DNA from: Candidatus Brocadiaceae bacterium
GTDB taxonomy: Bacteria > Planctomycetota > Brocadiia > SM23-32
NCBI GenBank assembly: GCA_003551565.1
Contig: PUMZ01000323.1
Coordinates: 1 to 42,470, forward strand
Length of the DNA stretch: 42,470 nucleotides
Direction of reading: 5' to 3'
Part shown: piece after piece, positions 1 through 9,473 of the stretch
How the letters are laid out: each line of letters opens with the position of its first letter
How positions within the stretch are numbered: position 1 is the stretch's first letter
The notes under the pieces: generated by a model
Databases searched by the model: none
Seen by the model: the letters and a program-made list of their open reading frames with translations, nothing else
Told to the model about the DNA's origin: nothing
Program-made: the position numbers and the translations under genes

Positions 1-2011
1 GCTCCTGCACCTGCGCGGCGAGTTCAAAGAGGCGCGCGTTCCGGTCGAGCCAGTCCGACTCGACGAACCAGGCCCGCCCCTTCGGTCCCATTTCCGCGCG
101 CCTTCTGCGCGCCTCCCCGTCCCAGAAGCCGGGAAGATCGTCATCGTGTTCTCTGAGACCGCCCCAGATGGCCTCGTGCAGGCTGCGCCCGCTGATGGTC
201 CCCAGTTTTTCCAGGTCGTCCCGGTCGGGCCAGGCCGCCATCCACGCGGCCATCTGGCGCTCGTCGAGCAGCTCGCGCGCCTGCCCGGCCAGCTCTTCGC
301 CGAGACGCTCGCGCTTCTCATCGTCCTGCAGGGCGTTCTCGATGAAAATGCGCGCCTCGCATTCCTGCCCCGACTCCCGCAGGTTTTCAAAACGGGCGGT
401 GCCGGTGGGCCCGTCCGGGCCGGGCGCCAGAAAATAACTGTTGATGTTGAGCCCGCGCCAGTGATTGTGCGGGTAGCGGGCGTGGACCATGCCGCTGCGC
501 CGGCCGCGGCTGTCGCGGATCACCGACCAGTAATCGCCTCCAAGCCGCCCCAGACCGCGCTGGCGGCTGGTGATGTTGGTTTTAAGGAGCTGGCGCAGGA
601 GCAGGGGGTGGCCGTTGAGCTGTCCGAAACGGCAGAGATAGACCAGCTTTTCCGGAACGGTCCAGCCGTGCTGACGATCGAGCTGCGGATTCACGGAAAA
701 ATGAAGGGGGCGGGCGAAGGCGGCATATGCGATGCTGGCAACCCCGCGCAGCGCCGTGTTGGGCGCCGGATTGTTGCGTATGCGCGGCGGGTGCGCGTGG
801 GAGATCCAGGGCAGATCGCCGGAGATCTCGTTGAAGAACTCCGCTTCCTCGCGGGACGCCTGGGAATCCGAAAGGGTGCCCAGCATCATCACATCCTCCA
901 GCCCCCGCTCGCGCATCAGACTGCGCAGCTCGTCGTAGACCGGCTTCCAGATGTCGTAACTCTCCTCCTCCCAGTAATGGGGCAGGTGTCCCGGCTCGGT
1001 CTCGCCGCTCTGCGGGTCAAGAAATGTGACGGTGAGCCCTTTCTGCACCTGATCCCATCTCCTCTGCGCTTTGAGCTGTTGCTGCTGGGCGTGCGAATGT
1101 GCGTCTTCGTCCACCTCCGGACGTTCCTCCCGGTCTCCGCTGAGGTAGATGTCCCAGGCATAGAGAACCACCTTGTCGATCTCCCCCAGGTTCTCCTGCG
1201 CCACGTCGATGTAGCGCTCGACCACCGCATAATCCGGCTCCAGCGAGCCGTCCTCGCCGCGCACCCACCGGAGCATCGACTCCTTGTTGCCCTGGTTTGT
1301 CTCGCGGAGCAGGTGCACGTACACCACCCGGCTGCCCACCTCGCGGATGCGGCGGAAGCTCTCGCCGATCAGCTCGAAATGCTCATCCGACCACAGCGGC
1401 ACGTCGTATTCCAGTGCGAGCGTATCGGGCGACTGCATCATCTCGATGAGGGTCTTCCAGTCCGCAGGGGCGGGCACGTTCCAGCCGGCCACGTTCAGCT
1501 CCACCTGCACGTGGAGCAATCCCCGCGGCCCGTCGGCCCCGATGCGCAGCTCGCCAACGTAACGTCCCGCCTCCATATCGTCCGGAACCGTGACCGTCAC
1601 CCAGATGCCGGCCAGCGCACGGCCGTCGTGCACGGCGATCTCCTCCGGAGGTTCTTCGAGGAGCACATCGAGGTTGGGGGGGAGGTTTTGTCCGCCCGTC
1701 CACCGGGTCGCGTAACGCACCTGCACCGCATCGTCCGCGCTTCCGGGCATGGGGTTGGGGCCGTCGCCGCCGACCAGTTCGGCCCGGAGGCCGGTCAGCG
1801 GTTCGTCCGATTCCAACGCAATGGCGCCGGAGAAGGTGCCGCCCCGGGCCGCTTCGATGCGCATGGTCTGCAGTCCGCCCCGGTCGGTCTCCCGGAAAGC
1901 ATCGTCCAGCACGTCGTAGTTCCACACCCTGATCCTGGCGGCGGATGCGGCGGTGCATATTCCCAGAAAAAGCACTGCAGCCGTCATTGCCCACAAACGT
2001 TTCCTTTCCAT
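1..2011 (-). CDS. Exported DUF4091/GH123-like putative glycoside hydrolase (partial, runs off the left edge; absent from the ORF track)
   Basis: Own translation from ATG at 2011 (RBS AGGGAG upstream): signal peptide MERKRLWAMTAAVLFLGICTAASA, then IWVTVTVPDDMEAGRYVGELRI and C-terminal ARFENLRESGQECEA, resembling DUF4091/GH123-type motifs. The frame reads open to position 2. Confidence 0.75.
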   Translation of the reverse strand, partial: MERKRLWAMTAAVLFLGICTAASAARIRVWNYDVLDDAFRETDRGGLQTMRIEAARGGTFSGAIALESDEPLTGLRAELVGGDGPNPMPGSADDAVQVRYATRWTGGQNLPPNLDVLLEEPPEEIAVHDGRALAGIWVTVTVPDDMEAGRYVGELRIGADGPRGLLHVQVELNVAGWNVPAPADWKTLIEMMQSPDTLALEYDVPLWSDEHFELIGESFRRIREVGSRVVYVHLLRETNQGNKESMLRWVRGEDGSLEPDYAVVERYIDVAQENLGEIDKVVLYAWDIYLSGDREERPEVDEDAHSHAQQQQLKAQRRWDQVQKGLTVTFLDPQSGETEPGHLPHYWEEESYDIWKPVYDELRSLMRERGLEDVMMLGTLSDSQASREEAEFFNEISGDLPWISHAHPPRIRNNPAPNTALRGVASIAYAAFARPLHFSVNPQLDRQHGWTVPEKLVYLCRFGQLNGHPLLLRQLLKTNITSRQRGLGRLGGDYWSVIRDSRGRRSGMVHARYPHNHWRGLNINSYFLAPGPDGPTGTARFENLRESGQECEARIFIENALQDDEKRERLGEELAGQARELLDERQMAAWMAAWPDRDDLEKLGTISGRSLHEAIWGGLREHDDDLPGFWDGEARRRRAEMGPKGRAWFVESDWLDRNARLFELAAQVQE

Positions 2012-2068
2012 GATTGGATTCTCCCTGATATTTTATTGTTAATCGAGGTTCAATATTCAGTGAACCAT

Positions 2069-2085
2069 CTGCCTGCGGCAGGCAG
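2069..2085. repeat. Stand-alone CTGCCTGC-G-GCAGGCAG palindrome (module C of the intergenic repeat family)
   Basis: Near-identical to the palindromes at 7801-7819 and 38514-38532; lies just after the stop of the GH16 gene. Confidence 0.7.
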
Positions 2086-2092
2086 GCGTTGG

Positions 2093-4447
2093 TCATTGCT
2101 CGGTGTCGCCGGAGTCCGGCCAGACCGGAGGGTAGTCAGCACGATACTCCTCCCACATCGCAATCCCCAAAGACGTTGGAGCGTTGGGGCCGCGGGGCAT
2201 CCCCCTGTCGCCGGCCGGATCACTGTAGGATGGATCATCAAGCGCCACCCGCATAAACCGGTCGCAGTAATCCAGGAAGGCCCGCCGCACCACATCATCG
2301 GCACAACCCATGATATGCATCGCCAGGGCGGTGTCGACGGACGACGTGTTATTGGTGCGATAGATTGCACTCCAGTGGGCATTGTTCTGCGTGCGTGCGG
2401 TTTCCATCCGGATGCCCCATTCCGGCAGCCCGATCATCTCCTCCGTGTATTCCAAGATCCTGTCCGGCACGTTCCTGTGGTCGGGGTTCCAATCACCGCC
2501 ATCTTCCCGCAGCCCCCCCTGCGTTATGTCGACATCTTCCTGCGTGACATAATCATATTGGCTGTTTTCATCACCCAGCCCGGAATACGTTTCGGCATCG
2601 ACATATTTGTAAATGTCGTCGTCGTCCAGCATCCTGCCTGCAAAAAGGATAGCGGGCAGGTGCCCCTGGAAATGCCCCCCGTTCGGTCCCCATCTCGCGC
2701 CCTGTTCGGCGGCAGCGTAGGTGTCCAGCCCGATCTGCACCAGGCCGATCACCAGATCTTCAATCTCCTCCCGGGGGTAATCCAGAAGCACGTGGAGCAG
2801 CCGGGAGGTGTATGTACGGGACACCTCACGCCCATATATCCCGTTGTTTCCCGGCCTGTACCCCCAGTGCTGGCGTGTCCATGACGTGCTGTGGATGCCC
2901 CACCAGAGTCCTTCCACCGCGCTCACCAGGTCGGACGGATCACTCAAACGCTCCTGCACGGGATCGCGGCTCCTTTGCACGCTCTCCAGCCAATCCCAAT
3001 CAAGGTCATCGGTTGTCCATCGCGGTGCGGCGGGTTCGCCGATAAGATACGAGGGGCGGAACGCGTTCTCCGGCGGCGCCTCCGCCAGAACCGTCAGAAT
3101 CGCTGCACCGGCCATGTGGGGACGTTCTCCGGGGACGTCTTTGCTTTTCGCGGAAATCACGACCTCGTCCGCCGGCACCGAAAGCGGGTTCTCTGCACTT
3201 ATCGGGGAATCATTCGGGAATCCCATGTTCCTGGCGTGGTCGTAGCCGCCGCGGGCGTTCCCGGAATCAAGGGCCTGGTTCGCATCGCGAGGGAGGCGGA
3301 ACATGCATCCGTTCCTGTACCAGTCCTCGTCGGGATCATGCTCGGGCAACGGATCGATATGGGTGATGTCGACCGGGCCCACCACCCACGGATCGCCGTT
3401 GGCGAACCGGCCCACTGTGTAATGGTCGTCAAACGTCCAGGTGATGCCGGACCGGGTCACTCCACTGGATTGATAGATCCTGTCCGGCGGCCATGTTCCG
3501 GCAAAAAGATCCTCATCAACCTCCAGAATAACGATCGTGTCCCCTCCGTCCGAGCCGGATTCAACCTGATCCATCGTTTCCCAGGGCTCCTCTTCAGTGC
3601 CCGGATTGTTGTCATCGCCGCCGGCAGGGTCAACATAGTAGGTCTTTGCGGAGGAATGTTCGCGGAAGCGCACCCAGTCGATGTAGTAATGCAGCTCGGT
3701 GTCCGGCTCGGGCGGGCCCTGAATCCAGTTGCCTGCTCCGCCGTCTTTGGCCGACCAGAAGTTGAACTTGAGCGTGTAGGGTGCATCGATGCGCCCGGGC
3801 TTTTCGTCGTAGTGGTACTCGTAGAGCACGATATCGTCAACAAACCACTGTATGCGTTCTTCGTCGATATCGAAGCCCCAGACGTGGAAGTCGTCGGCCG
3901 GATTGAACGGCAGCTCCACCTGGTCGGCCCAGCTCGCGTAATCGGCGCCGTGAACGGCCAGGTGCACCTCGCTGTGGTCATCGCCGATGTTGACGGTCAC
4001 GAACTCGATGTCGATCTCCTGCCGCGTCATGCCGCCGCCATCGCGCCAGTCGATGGTGTACATCGTCGGGAGAACCCCGTCTTCATCGGGGATCTTCAGG
4101 CGCGCCTCCCAGCGTCCGTAGAGGAAATCGTCGCGGCGCGTCTGGATTGCGGAGCCCTTGAACAGGCCGGTCTCTTCGTAATAGTCGGTGTCGTATTCGA
4201 ACGCAAGAACCAGTTTCTCATCCTGCACGTAAGCGCGCTCGCGGCTGAGCTGACCGCCGTGCTCACGCCAGGTGCCGACCTCCCAGCGCTCGGGATCGAT
4301 CCCGTCGGTCCAATCCTCGTAGAAATCGTATTGTTCGGCTTTCTCGGCAGTCTCATCTCCGTTTACTTCATCACCTTGCGCTGTGAACCCAGGGCCCAGC
4401 AACACCGCCAGAATACAGGCTGCAATCCCGCATCGTTGAATCAACAT
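2093..4447 (-). CDS. Exported multidomain protein: GH16 beta-glucanase-type domain plus a large uncharacterised C-terminal region
   Basis: Signal peptide from ATG 4447 (RBS GGGAGAA); GH16 catalytic motif EIDIEF with YGRWEARLK and DFHVWGFD; then YYVDPAGGDDNNPGT and GITWTFD..VGRFANGDPWVVGPV segments. Confidence 0.85.
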   Translation of the reverse strand: MLIQRCGIAACILAVLLGPGFTAQGDEVNGDETAEKAEQYDFYEDWTDGIDPERWEVGTWREHGGQLSRERAYVQDEKLVLAFEYDTDYYEETGLFKGSAIQTRRDDFLYGRWEARLKIPDEDGVLPTMYTIDWRDGGGMTRQEIDIEFVTVNIGDDHSEVHLAVHGADYASWADQVELPFNPADDFHVWGFDIDEERIQWFVDDIVLYEYHYDEKPGRIDAPYTLKFNFWSAKDGGAGNWIQGPPEPDTELHYYIDWVRFREHSSAKTYYVDPAGGDDNNPGTEEEPWETMDQVESGSDGGDTIVILEVDEDLFAGTWPPDRIYQSSGVTRSGITWTFDDHYTVGRFANGDPWVVGPVDITHIDPLPEHDPDEDWYRNGCMFRLPRDANQALDSGNARGGYDHARNMGFPNDSPISAENPLSVPADEVVISAKSKDVPGERPHMAGAAILTVLAEAPPENAFRPSYLIGEPAAPRWTTDDLDWDWLESVQRSRDPVQERLSDPSDLVSAVEGLWWGIHSTSWTRQHWGYRPGNNGIYGREVSRTYTSRLLHVLLDYPREEIEDLVIGLVQIGLDTYAAAEQGARWGPNGGHFQGHLPAILFAGRMLDDDDIYKYVDAETYSGLGDENSQYDYVTQEDVDITQGGLREDGGDWNPDHRNVPDRILEYTEEMIGLPEWGIRMETARTQNNAHWSAIYRTNNTSSVDTALAMHIMGCADDVVRRAFLDYCDRFMRVALDDPSYSDPAGDRGMPRGPNAPTSLGIAMWEEYRADYPPVWPDSGDTEQ

Positions 4448-4748
4448 ACATGTTCTCCCGCATTGAAGGTAAACGCAAGCTTTCGAGGTACAATACGTTA
4501 GTCTTCGCAACATGTATGATACCCGATCTGAACTTTTTATTCAAACAAGCGCTCTGCCAGGGCAGCCCCTCCTCATAGGCTGAAGGAGGCGGTCCCGGCA
4601 TTTTTACGCAGTTCTTGTTTTTTGATACAATCTAACGACACGATGCGCGCAGGTGCGTGCGTCGCCAGCACAACGCTGGAACGGAACGGAGCATGCCATC
4701 TGCGGCAAATCCTCCGTTGAAAAAAGATTTTGAAACAGGAGATGAAAA

Positions 4749-5759
4749 ATGGAGCGTCGCCAAAGGATTCGCAGGATAATTTCCGGACAGCCTGCTGACC
4801 GATGCGGTTTCTGGCTCGGCAACCCCCACCCCGATACCTGGCCGATCCTGCACGAGTATTTCGGCACCGAAACCGAGGAGGAACTGCGGCGGCAGCTGGG
4901 CGATGATCTGCGCCAGATAAGCCCGCAGTTCTTTGCGGACTACTACAGTGATCCCGAAGGGCGCGGTCTGTTTGCCACAGGGCTCGACAAGCGGGGGAAG
5001 AAGGCCCCCCTGGCGGATTGCGAGGAGCCCGGAGACGTTGATCGGTTCCCGTGGCCCAATCCCGAGAACCTCAATTTCACTTCCTGCCTCAAAGCCCTGG
5101 AGACGGCCGGCGATGTCTACCGGGCCAGCGGTTTCTGGACTCCCTTCTACCATAACGTCATGGATCTTTTGGGTATGGAGAATTACATGATCAAAATGTA
5201 TACCAACCCGGAACTCGTTGAGGCCGTTACGGAGAAAGTCTGCAGTTTTTACTACGAGGCCAACGGGCGTTTTTTTGAGGCGGCCGGCGATAGGGTCGAC
5301 GGTTTTTTTTTCGGCAACGACTTCGGGACACAGCTCGACCTCATTTGCGGACTCGAGCAGTTTGACCGCTTTATTCTGCCTTGGTTCAAACGCTTTACCG
5401 AACAGGCGCATGCATACGGATATCAGGCGATCCTCCATTCGTGCGGCGCCATTTCTAAAGTTATCGAACGGCTGATTGACGCCGGTGTGGACTGCCTGCA
5501 TCCGCTCCAGGCACAGGCCAGGGATATGCATGCCGAAAAGCTCGCGAGGGATTTTAAGGGCCGCATAGCGTTCATGGGCGGTGTTGATACGCAACAGTTA
5601 CTGGTCAACGGCAGTGCGGAAGATGTGCGGGCGGAGGTCGAACGGCTCAAAAAAGTTCTGGGGCCCTGCCTGGTGGTAAGCCCCAGCCATGAGGCTGTCC
5701 TGCCCAACGTTCCTCCCCGGAACCTCGAAGCTATGGCCGAAGCGGTGGCGGAAAGCTGA
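4749..5759 (+). CDS. Uroporphyrinogen decarboxylase / MtaA-CmuA superfamily protein
   Basis: GNDFGTQ, ILHSCG, FMGGVDTQ and SPSHEA motifs; RBS AGGAG. Confidence 0.85.
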   Translation: MERRQRIRRIISGQPADRCGFWLGNPHPDTWPILHEYFGTETEEELRRQLGDDLRQISPQFFADYYSDPEGRGLFATGLDKRGKKAPLADCEEPGDVDRFPWPNPENLNFTSCLKALETAGDVYRASGFWTPFYHNVMDLLGMENYMIKMYTNPELVEAVTEKVCSFYYEANGRFFEAAGDRVDGFFFGNDFGTQLDLICGLEQFDRFILPWFKRFTEQAHAYGYQAILHSCGAISKVIERLIDAGVDCLHPLQAQARDMHAEKLARDFKGRIAFMGGVDTQQLLVNGSAEDVRAEVERLKKVLGPCLVVSPSHEAVLPNVPPRNLEAMAEAVAES

Positions 5760-5896
5760 TGAAATATGCTTCCGGGAAAACCTCCGTGCCGTGGACAGGC
5801 CCCACGTCATCATCTTTATGAAACAGGATACCGGGGGGCGCGGCCGAAAAGGTTAAAGATTGCGATTGGCAATGGCATTCAGTCGTCTTCTTCTTG

Positions 5897-5937
5897 AGCC
5901 CGCGAAACGGGCTACGCTTGAAGCGGCCTTTCAGGCC
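5897..5937. repeat. Two REP-like hairpins (AGCCCG-CGAAA-CGGGCT and GGCCT-TTC-AGGCC) between convergent genes
   Basis: Inverted repeats read directly; similar in style to the GCCCG-AA-GGGC units at 11972 and 38351. Confidence 0.4.
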
Positions 5938-6095
5938 TTTTCGGCCAGGCCCCGAGCTTTTCCTGACGCAACGCCGTTGTTTGTTCTGTGCATCCCGGGG
6001 CTGAATCGCCGATCACCTTCGCCTGCATTGCGGGCTGCGTGCCATTCTTTTGCCGGCCTTGAATGCATTGATGGATATTGCAGGGTTCAAAAGCG

Positions 6096-6172
6096 GTGCG
6101 TACGCACAGGCAGCCGGGCGTTTGCTTTCTGCCACATCTGCGCCAGGAGAATGCGTGAAACAAAGCGGGCTA
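6096..6172 (-). mobile_element. Repeat element E1: module A end (TAG-CCCGCTTTGTTTCACGC...GCAGATGTGGCAGAAAGCAAACGCC) plus partial module C
   Basis: Reverse complement matches 7755-7799 and 11911-11956; begins at the TAG stop of cobA/hemD. Confidence 0.8.
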
Positions 6173-7735
6173 TCCCTTGCGGACTACGTTGTCCGTCGTC
6201 GCCGTGAGGTGGTGGGCTATGGCCGAAACCAGCCCTTTTGCCGTGTGCTCTTTTGCCTCCACCTTTGGAGGCATCCCGATTTTGTCCAGAGCGCCGCTCG
6301 TGCCGGGGCCGATACTCGCCACGGCCGCACCGGAAGCCGATATCTCCGTGGGGGATATCATGGCGAAAAAATTCTCCACCGTCGAGGCGCTGCTGAACGT
6401 GAGCCATACATCTTCGCCTTGCCCCTCAACCAGAAGCTCTTTCACCAGCTCCATGCCTGTTCCGTCGCGCGCAACCGAGTAGGCTTCCACGGCTTCCACA
6501 TCTGCGCCCCCATCGGAGAGCAGATCCACAAGGCGGGGCGGGGCGATGCCGGAACGGGGGTACAGGATGCTCCGGCCCCGAATCTGTTCCCGCGCGGTCA
6601 GGGTCCCGATCACACCTTCGGTGGTGTAGGTGGGGGGGACAATATCCGCCGAAATGCCGTATTCGTTCAGCCTGCCCGCCGTCTTCGGTCCTATCGCGCA
6701 TACGCTGACGCCGCCGAACCGTCTGGCATCGCCGCCGAGTGCGGAAAGCTGCCGGAAAACCGCATCGACTCCGGCGGAGCTGGTGAAAATGACCAGATCG
6801 AACTCGCCGAGGCGCCGCAGGGCGGATTCCAGCGGTGCCGTGTCGGCGGCCGCCACTGTTTTTATCGCGGGCGCGAGAACCGGCTCCCCGCCGAGAGCAA
6901 GGACGCAGTCAGCCATCTCCCCGGCCCGGTCGGTGGAGCGTGTGATGACAACTTTTTTCGAGAAAAGGGGCAGATTTTCAAACCAGGCTAAAGTTTCATC
7001 CATACCGGCCACCCTGCCCGTGACGAGGATTGCGGGCGGAGCTACGTTGTGCGCTTCGGCCCTGGCGACGATGTTTTGCAGAGAACCCCGGATCGTGCGT
7101 TGCGCAGAGCAGGTGCCGTTTTCGATGATCACTGCCGGCATGGCGGGATTTTTCCCCGCCGATACCAGCGACCGGCAGATCTCGTTCAGGTTGGCGACCG
7201 TCATGTAAAATACGAGCGTACCGCTGAAGTGGGCCAGCGCTTCCCAATCATGTCCGCCGTCGCTATCGGCCGAATCGTGCCCTGTGATCAATGCTGCGGA
7301 CCCGCTCAGGCCGCGGTGTGTGAGGGGAATGCCGGCATAAGCGCATGCGCCCGCGGCGGCGGTGATCCCCGGTACGACCTCGAAGTTCACCCCGGCTTCA
7401 GCCAGGCTCAGTGCTTCTTCGCCGCCGCGCCCGAAGATGAACGGGTCGCCGCCCTTGAGCCTGACGACAAGTTCGCCGGCTTTTGCGCGCCGGATGAGGA
7501 GCGAGTTTATCTGCTCCTGGGTGAGCGTGTGGCGTTTCGGACTTTTACCGGCATAAATCCGATCGGCTTCCGGACGCGCCCATTGCAGGACCTGTCGCGG
7601 GATCAGCCGGTCGTAGACGACAGTGTCGGCTTTTTCCAGAACGTCCCTGCCGCGCAGAGTGAACAGGCGCGGATCGCCCGGTCCTGCGCCGACCAGAAAG
7701 ACCTTGCCGTGGCATTTGGTTTTTTTGTTTGTCAT
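6170..7735 (-). CDS. cobA: Uroporphyrinogen-III C-methyltransferase / uroporphyrinogen-III synthase fusion (CobA-HemD)
   Basis: VFLVGAGPGDP, RLKGGDPFIFGRGGEE and VVPGITA; C-terminal HemD half with IFTSSAGV, AIGPKTA and FSSASTV. Confidence 0.95.
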   Translation of the reverse strand: MTNKKTKCHGKVFLVGAGPGDPRLFTLRGRDVLEKADTVVYDRLIPRQVLQWARPEADRIYAGKSPKRHTLTQEQINSLLIRRAKAGELVVRLKGGDPFIFGRGGEEALSLAEAGVNFEVVPGITAAAGACAYAGIPLTHRGLSGSAALITGHDSADSDGGHDWEALAHFSGTLVFYMTVANLNEICRSLVSAGKNPAMPAVIIENGTCSAQRTIRGSLQNIVARAEAHNVAPPAILVTGRVAGMDETLAWFENLPLFSKKVVITRSTDRAGEMADCVLALGGEPVLAPAIKTVAAADTAPLESALRRLGEFDLVIFTSSAGVDAVFRQLSALGGDARRFGGVSVCAIGPKTAGRLNEYGISADIVPPTYTTEGVIGTLTAREQIRGRSILYPRSGIAPPRLVDLLSDGGADVEAVEAYSVARDGTGMELVKELLVEGQGEDVWLTFSSASTVENFFAMISPTEISASGAAVASIGPGTSGALDKIGMPPKVEAKEHTAKGLVSAIAHHLTATTDNVVRKG

Positions 7736-7743
7736 TTATACCC

Positions 7744-7941
7744 TATCCCGTTTATTTCACGCGTGCTCGGTGGTGCAGATGTGGCAGAAAGCAAACGCCG
7801 CCTGCCTGCAGCAGGCAGGTCAACCGCCGTTTGTTAGGGCCGATACACACTGCAGCATCGGAAACCCTGAAGAAAGCTACTCACCGTACTGTTGTTACAT
7901 CCTTTATATTAATAATTGTCTTTGGTTGATGAAATGGGTTA
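7744..7941 (+). mobile_element. Repeat element E2, a MITE-like unit of about 198 bp: modules A + C + B
   Basis: Inverted ends TATCCCGTTTATTTCA / TGAAATGGGTTA; A matches 11901-11960, C+B match 38514-38650; central perfect palindrome CCTGCCTGC-A-GCAGGCAGG. Confidence 0.85.
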
Positions 7942-7953
7942 AGGTCGGATGTG

Positions 7954-8853
7954 CTATGATCGCATCTCTTCTGCCAGGAAACGCCCCGCTTGGGAGGCGT
8001 CCTGCGCATGCTTAACCTCCGCCTCGGTCTTTTTTCTGATCAGTTTGCCGTTATCCGGGGCAAAAACCATCCCCGCAAGGCACAGTGTGTTATCACTTAT
8101 TATTGCTACCGCTCCGGCAACAGCATGGCAGCCGGCGCCGATGGCGTGGAAGAATGCCCTCTCGGCAGATACGCACAGTCGGGACGGCATGTGATCTATT
8201 GCTGCGCACATATCTCTCATACCGCAGTCGTGCGCACGGGTCTGCACGGCAAGAGCGCCCTGACCCGGGGCGGGGATGAAAGTTTCCAGGGGTAAGATCT
8301 CGGATATTTTACTTTCAAGGCCAAGACGTTTTAAGCCGGCCCAGGCGAGCACCAGACCATCGGCTCCGGTGCGGTGCATTTTCGCGATCCGGGTTGGCAC
8401 GTTTCCCCTGACGCCCTCGACCTGCACATCGCGACGCTGTTCGAGCAACAGCGCGCGGCGCCGTGGGGAGGCGGTCAAAATCTTTGCGCCGGACGGTAGT
8501 TCGTCCAGCCTGCGGGCGTCCCTCGACACGAGCGCGTCGGCCGGGTTTTCCCGTTCAGGCACGGCGGCGAGGAGGAGACCATCGCCGGTTTTCACCGGCA
8601 GGTCTTTGAGGCTATGCACTGCGATGTCGATCTCTTCGTTGAGAAGAGCGCGTTCTATGCGGCCTGTGAACATCCCCGGCTGAGCGGCGGGGGCGGGAGC
8701 CGTAGTGCTGTCGCCATCGCCTTTTGCATTGATAACTACGATTTCTGAAATCAGTTCGGGGAACTTTGCCTGCAGCAATTTTCTCACGTATCCGGCCTGC
8801 CACAGTGCCAGTTGCGAGCCGCGCGTTCCGATCTTTATTGCGGTCTTTTCCAT
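7954..8853 (-). CDS. hemC: Hydroxymethylbilane synthase (porphobilinogen deaminase)
   Basis: IGTRGSQLALWQA, AVHSLKDLP, RGNVPTRI, PAPGQGALA and cofactor Cys in GAGCH. Confidence 0.95.
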   Translation of the reverse strand: MEKTAIKIGTRGSQLALWQAGYVRKLLQAKFPELISEIVVINAKGDGDSTTAPAPAAQPGMFTGRIERALLNEEIDIAVHSLKDLPVKTGDGLLLAAVPERENPADALVSRDARRLDELPSGAKILTASPRRRALLLEQRRDVQVEGVRGNVPTRIAKMHRTGADGLVLAWAGLKRLGLESKISEILPLETFIPAPGQGALAVQTRAHDCGMRDMCAAIDHMPSRLCVSAERAFFHAIGAGCHAVAGAVAIISDNTLCLAGMVFAPDNGKLIRKKTEAEVKHAQDASQAGRFLAEEMRS

Positions 8854-9473
8854 CGCTCTATTGCGTTTCTGAAGGCGTCCGGGTCCCCGTTTTTAATGAG
8901 CAGAGCCGGAGCTTCGGAATCTAAAAAATTCTCCAGTATCCGTTGCCTTTCCGACTGCTGTGGCGGTCCGCAGGATTTGAGGTTCTTCCTCAGTTCCAAG
9001 AGACCGGCCATCAGGTGCCGGTATTCCGGGCCGAATTCGTCTTCAAGCTGCCGGCGTATTCTTCCGGCCATTGCAGGACTTGCGCCGCCGGTTGAGACGG
9101 CGATCTGGAGCAATCCTCTTTTGAGGCGTGCCGGCACGTGAAAGTCGCATAGCCCGGGCCGGTCCGCCACATTGCAGGGGATATTATGTTTCCGGCAGTC
9201 CTGAAAGACCTGCCGGTTGACTTTTTCGCAGTCGACGGCGGAGAAGACGAGCCGTTTATTCCATACATCGTCGGGTTGATATTCCCTTTTAAACAGCACA
9301 ATGGCGCTGTCGGCTGCAAGAGATCCGATCTCGCAACAGCAGTGCGGGGCTACAACGGTTACACATGCCCGGGAATCGAGCAGGTTTTTAACCTTCCGGG
9401 CGGCAACGGCGCCGCCGCCGACCACGAGCACCGGTCTGCCGGTCAGGTCCAGAAATATCGGGTACAGGGTCAT
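8835..9473 (-). CDS. sirC: Precorrin-2 dehydrogenase / sirohydrochlorin ferrochelatase (SirC / CysG N-terminal type)
   Basis: YPIFLDL..VLVVGGGAVAARK, CNVADRP..CDF and IAVSTGGASP; ATG 9473 overlaps the hemB stop (ATGA). Confidence 0.9.
   Translation of the reverse strand: MTLYPIFLDLTGRPVLVVGGGAVAARKVKNLLDSRACVTVVAPHCCCEIGSLAADSAIVLFKREYQPDDVWNKRLVFSAVDCEKVNRQVFQDCRKHNIPCNVADRPGLCDFHVPARLKRGLLQIAVSTGGASPAMAGRIRRQLEDEFGPEYRHLMAGLLELRKNLKSCGPPQQSERQRILENFLDSEAPALLIKNGDPDAFRNAIERWKRPQ

Noticed and set aside
146-2884. 912-aa plus-strand ORF, and other long antisense ORFs such as 2891-4501, 13865-15562, 20806-22158, 31403-32743 and 35591-36784
   Set aside because: Shadow ORFs of high-GC genes on the opposite strand; no motifs, and the opposite-strand genes are well supported.
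4749-5759. Calling this gene hemE
   Set aside because: It lacks the HemE N-terminal WxMRQAGR motif and has the HSCG motif of the MtaA-like branch.
5815-5830. TTTATGAAACAGGATA as another B-type element end (similar TTTGAAACAGG near 4729)
   Set aside because: Only a short match with no partner end identifiable; the 4729 copy overlaps an ordinary RBS. Too weak to call.
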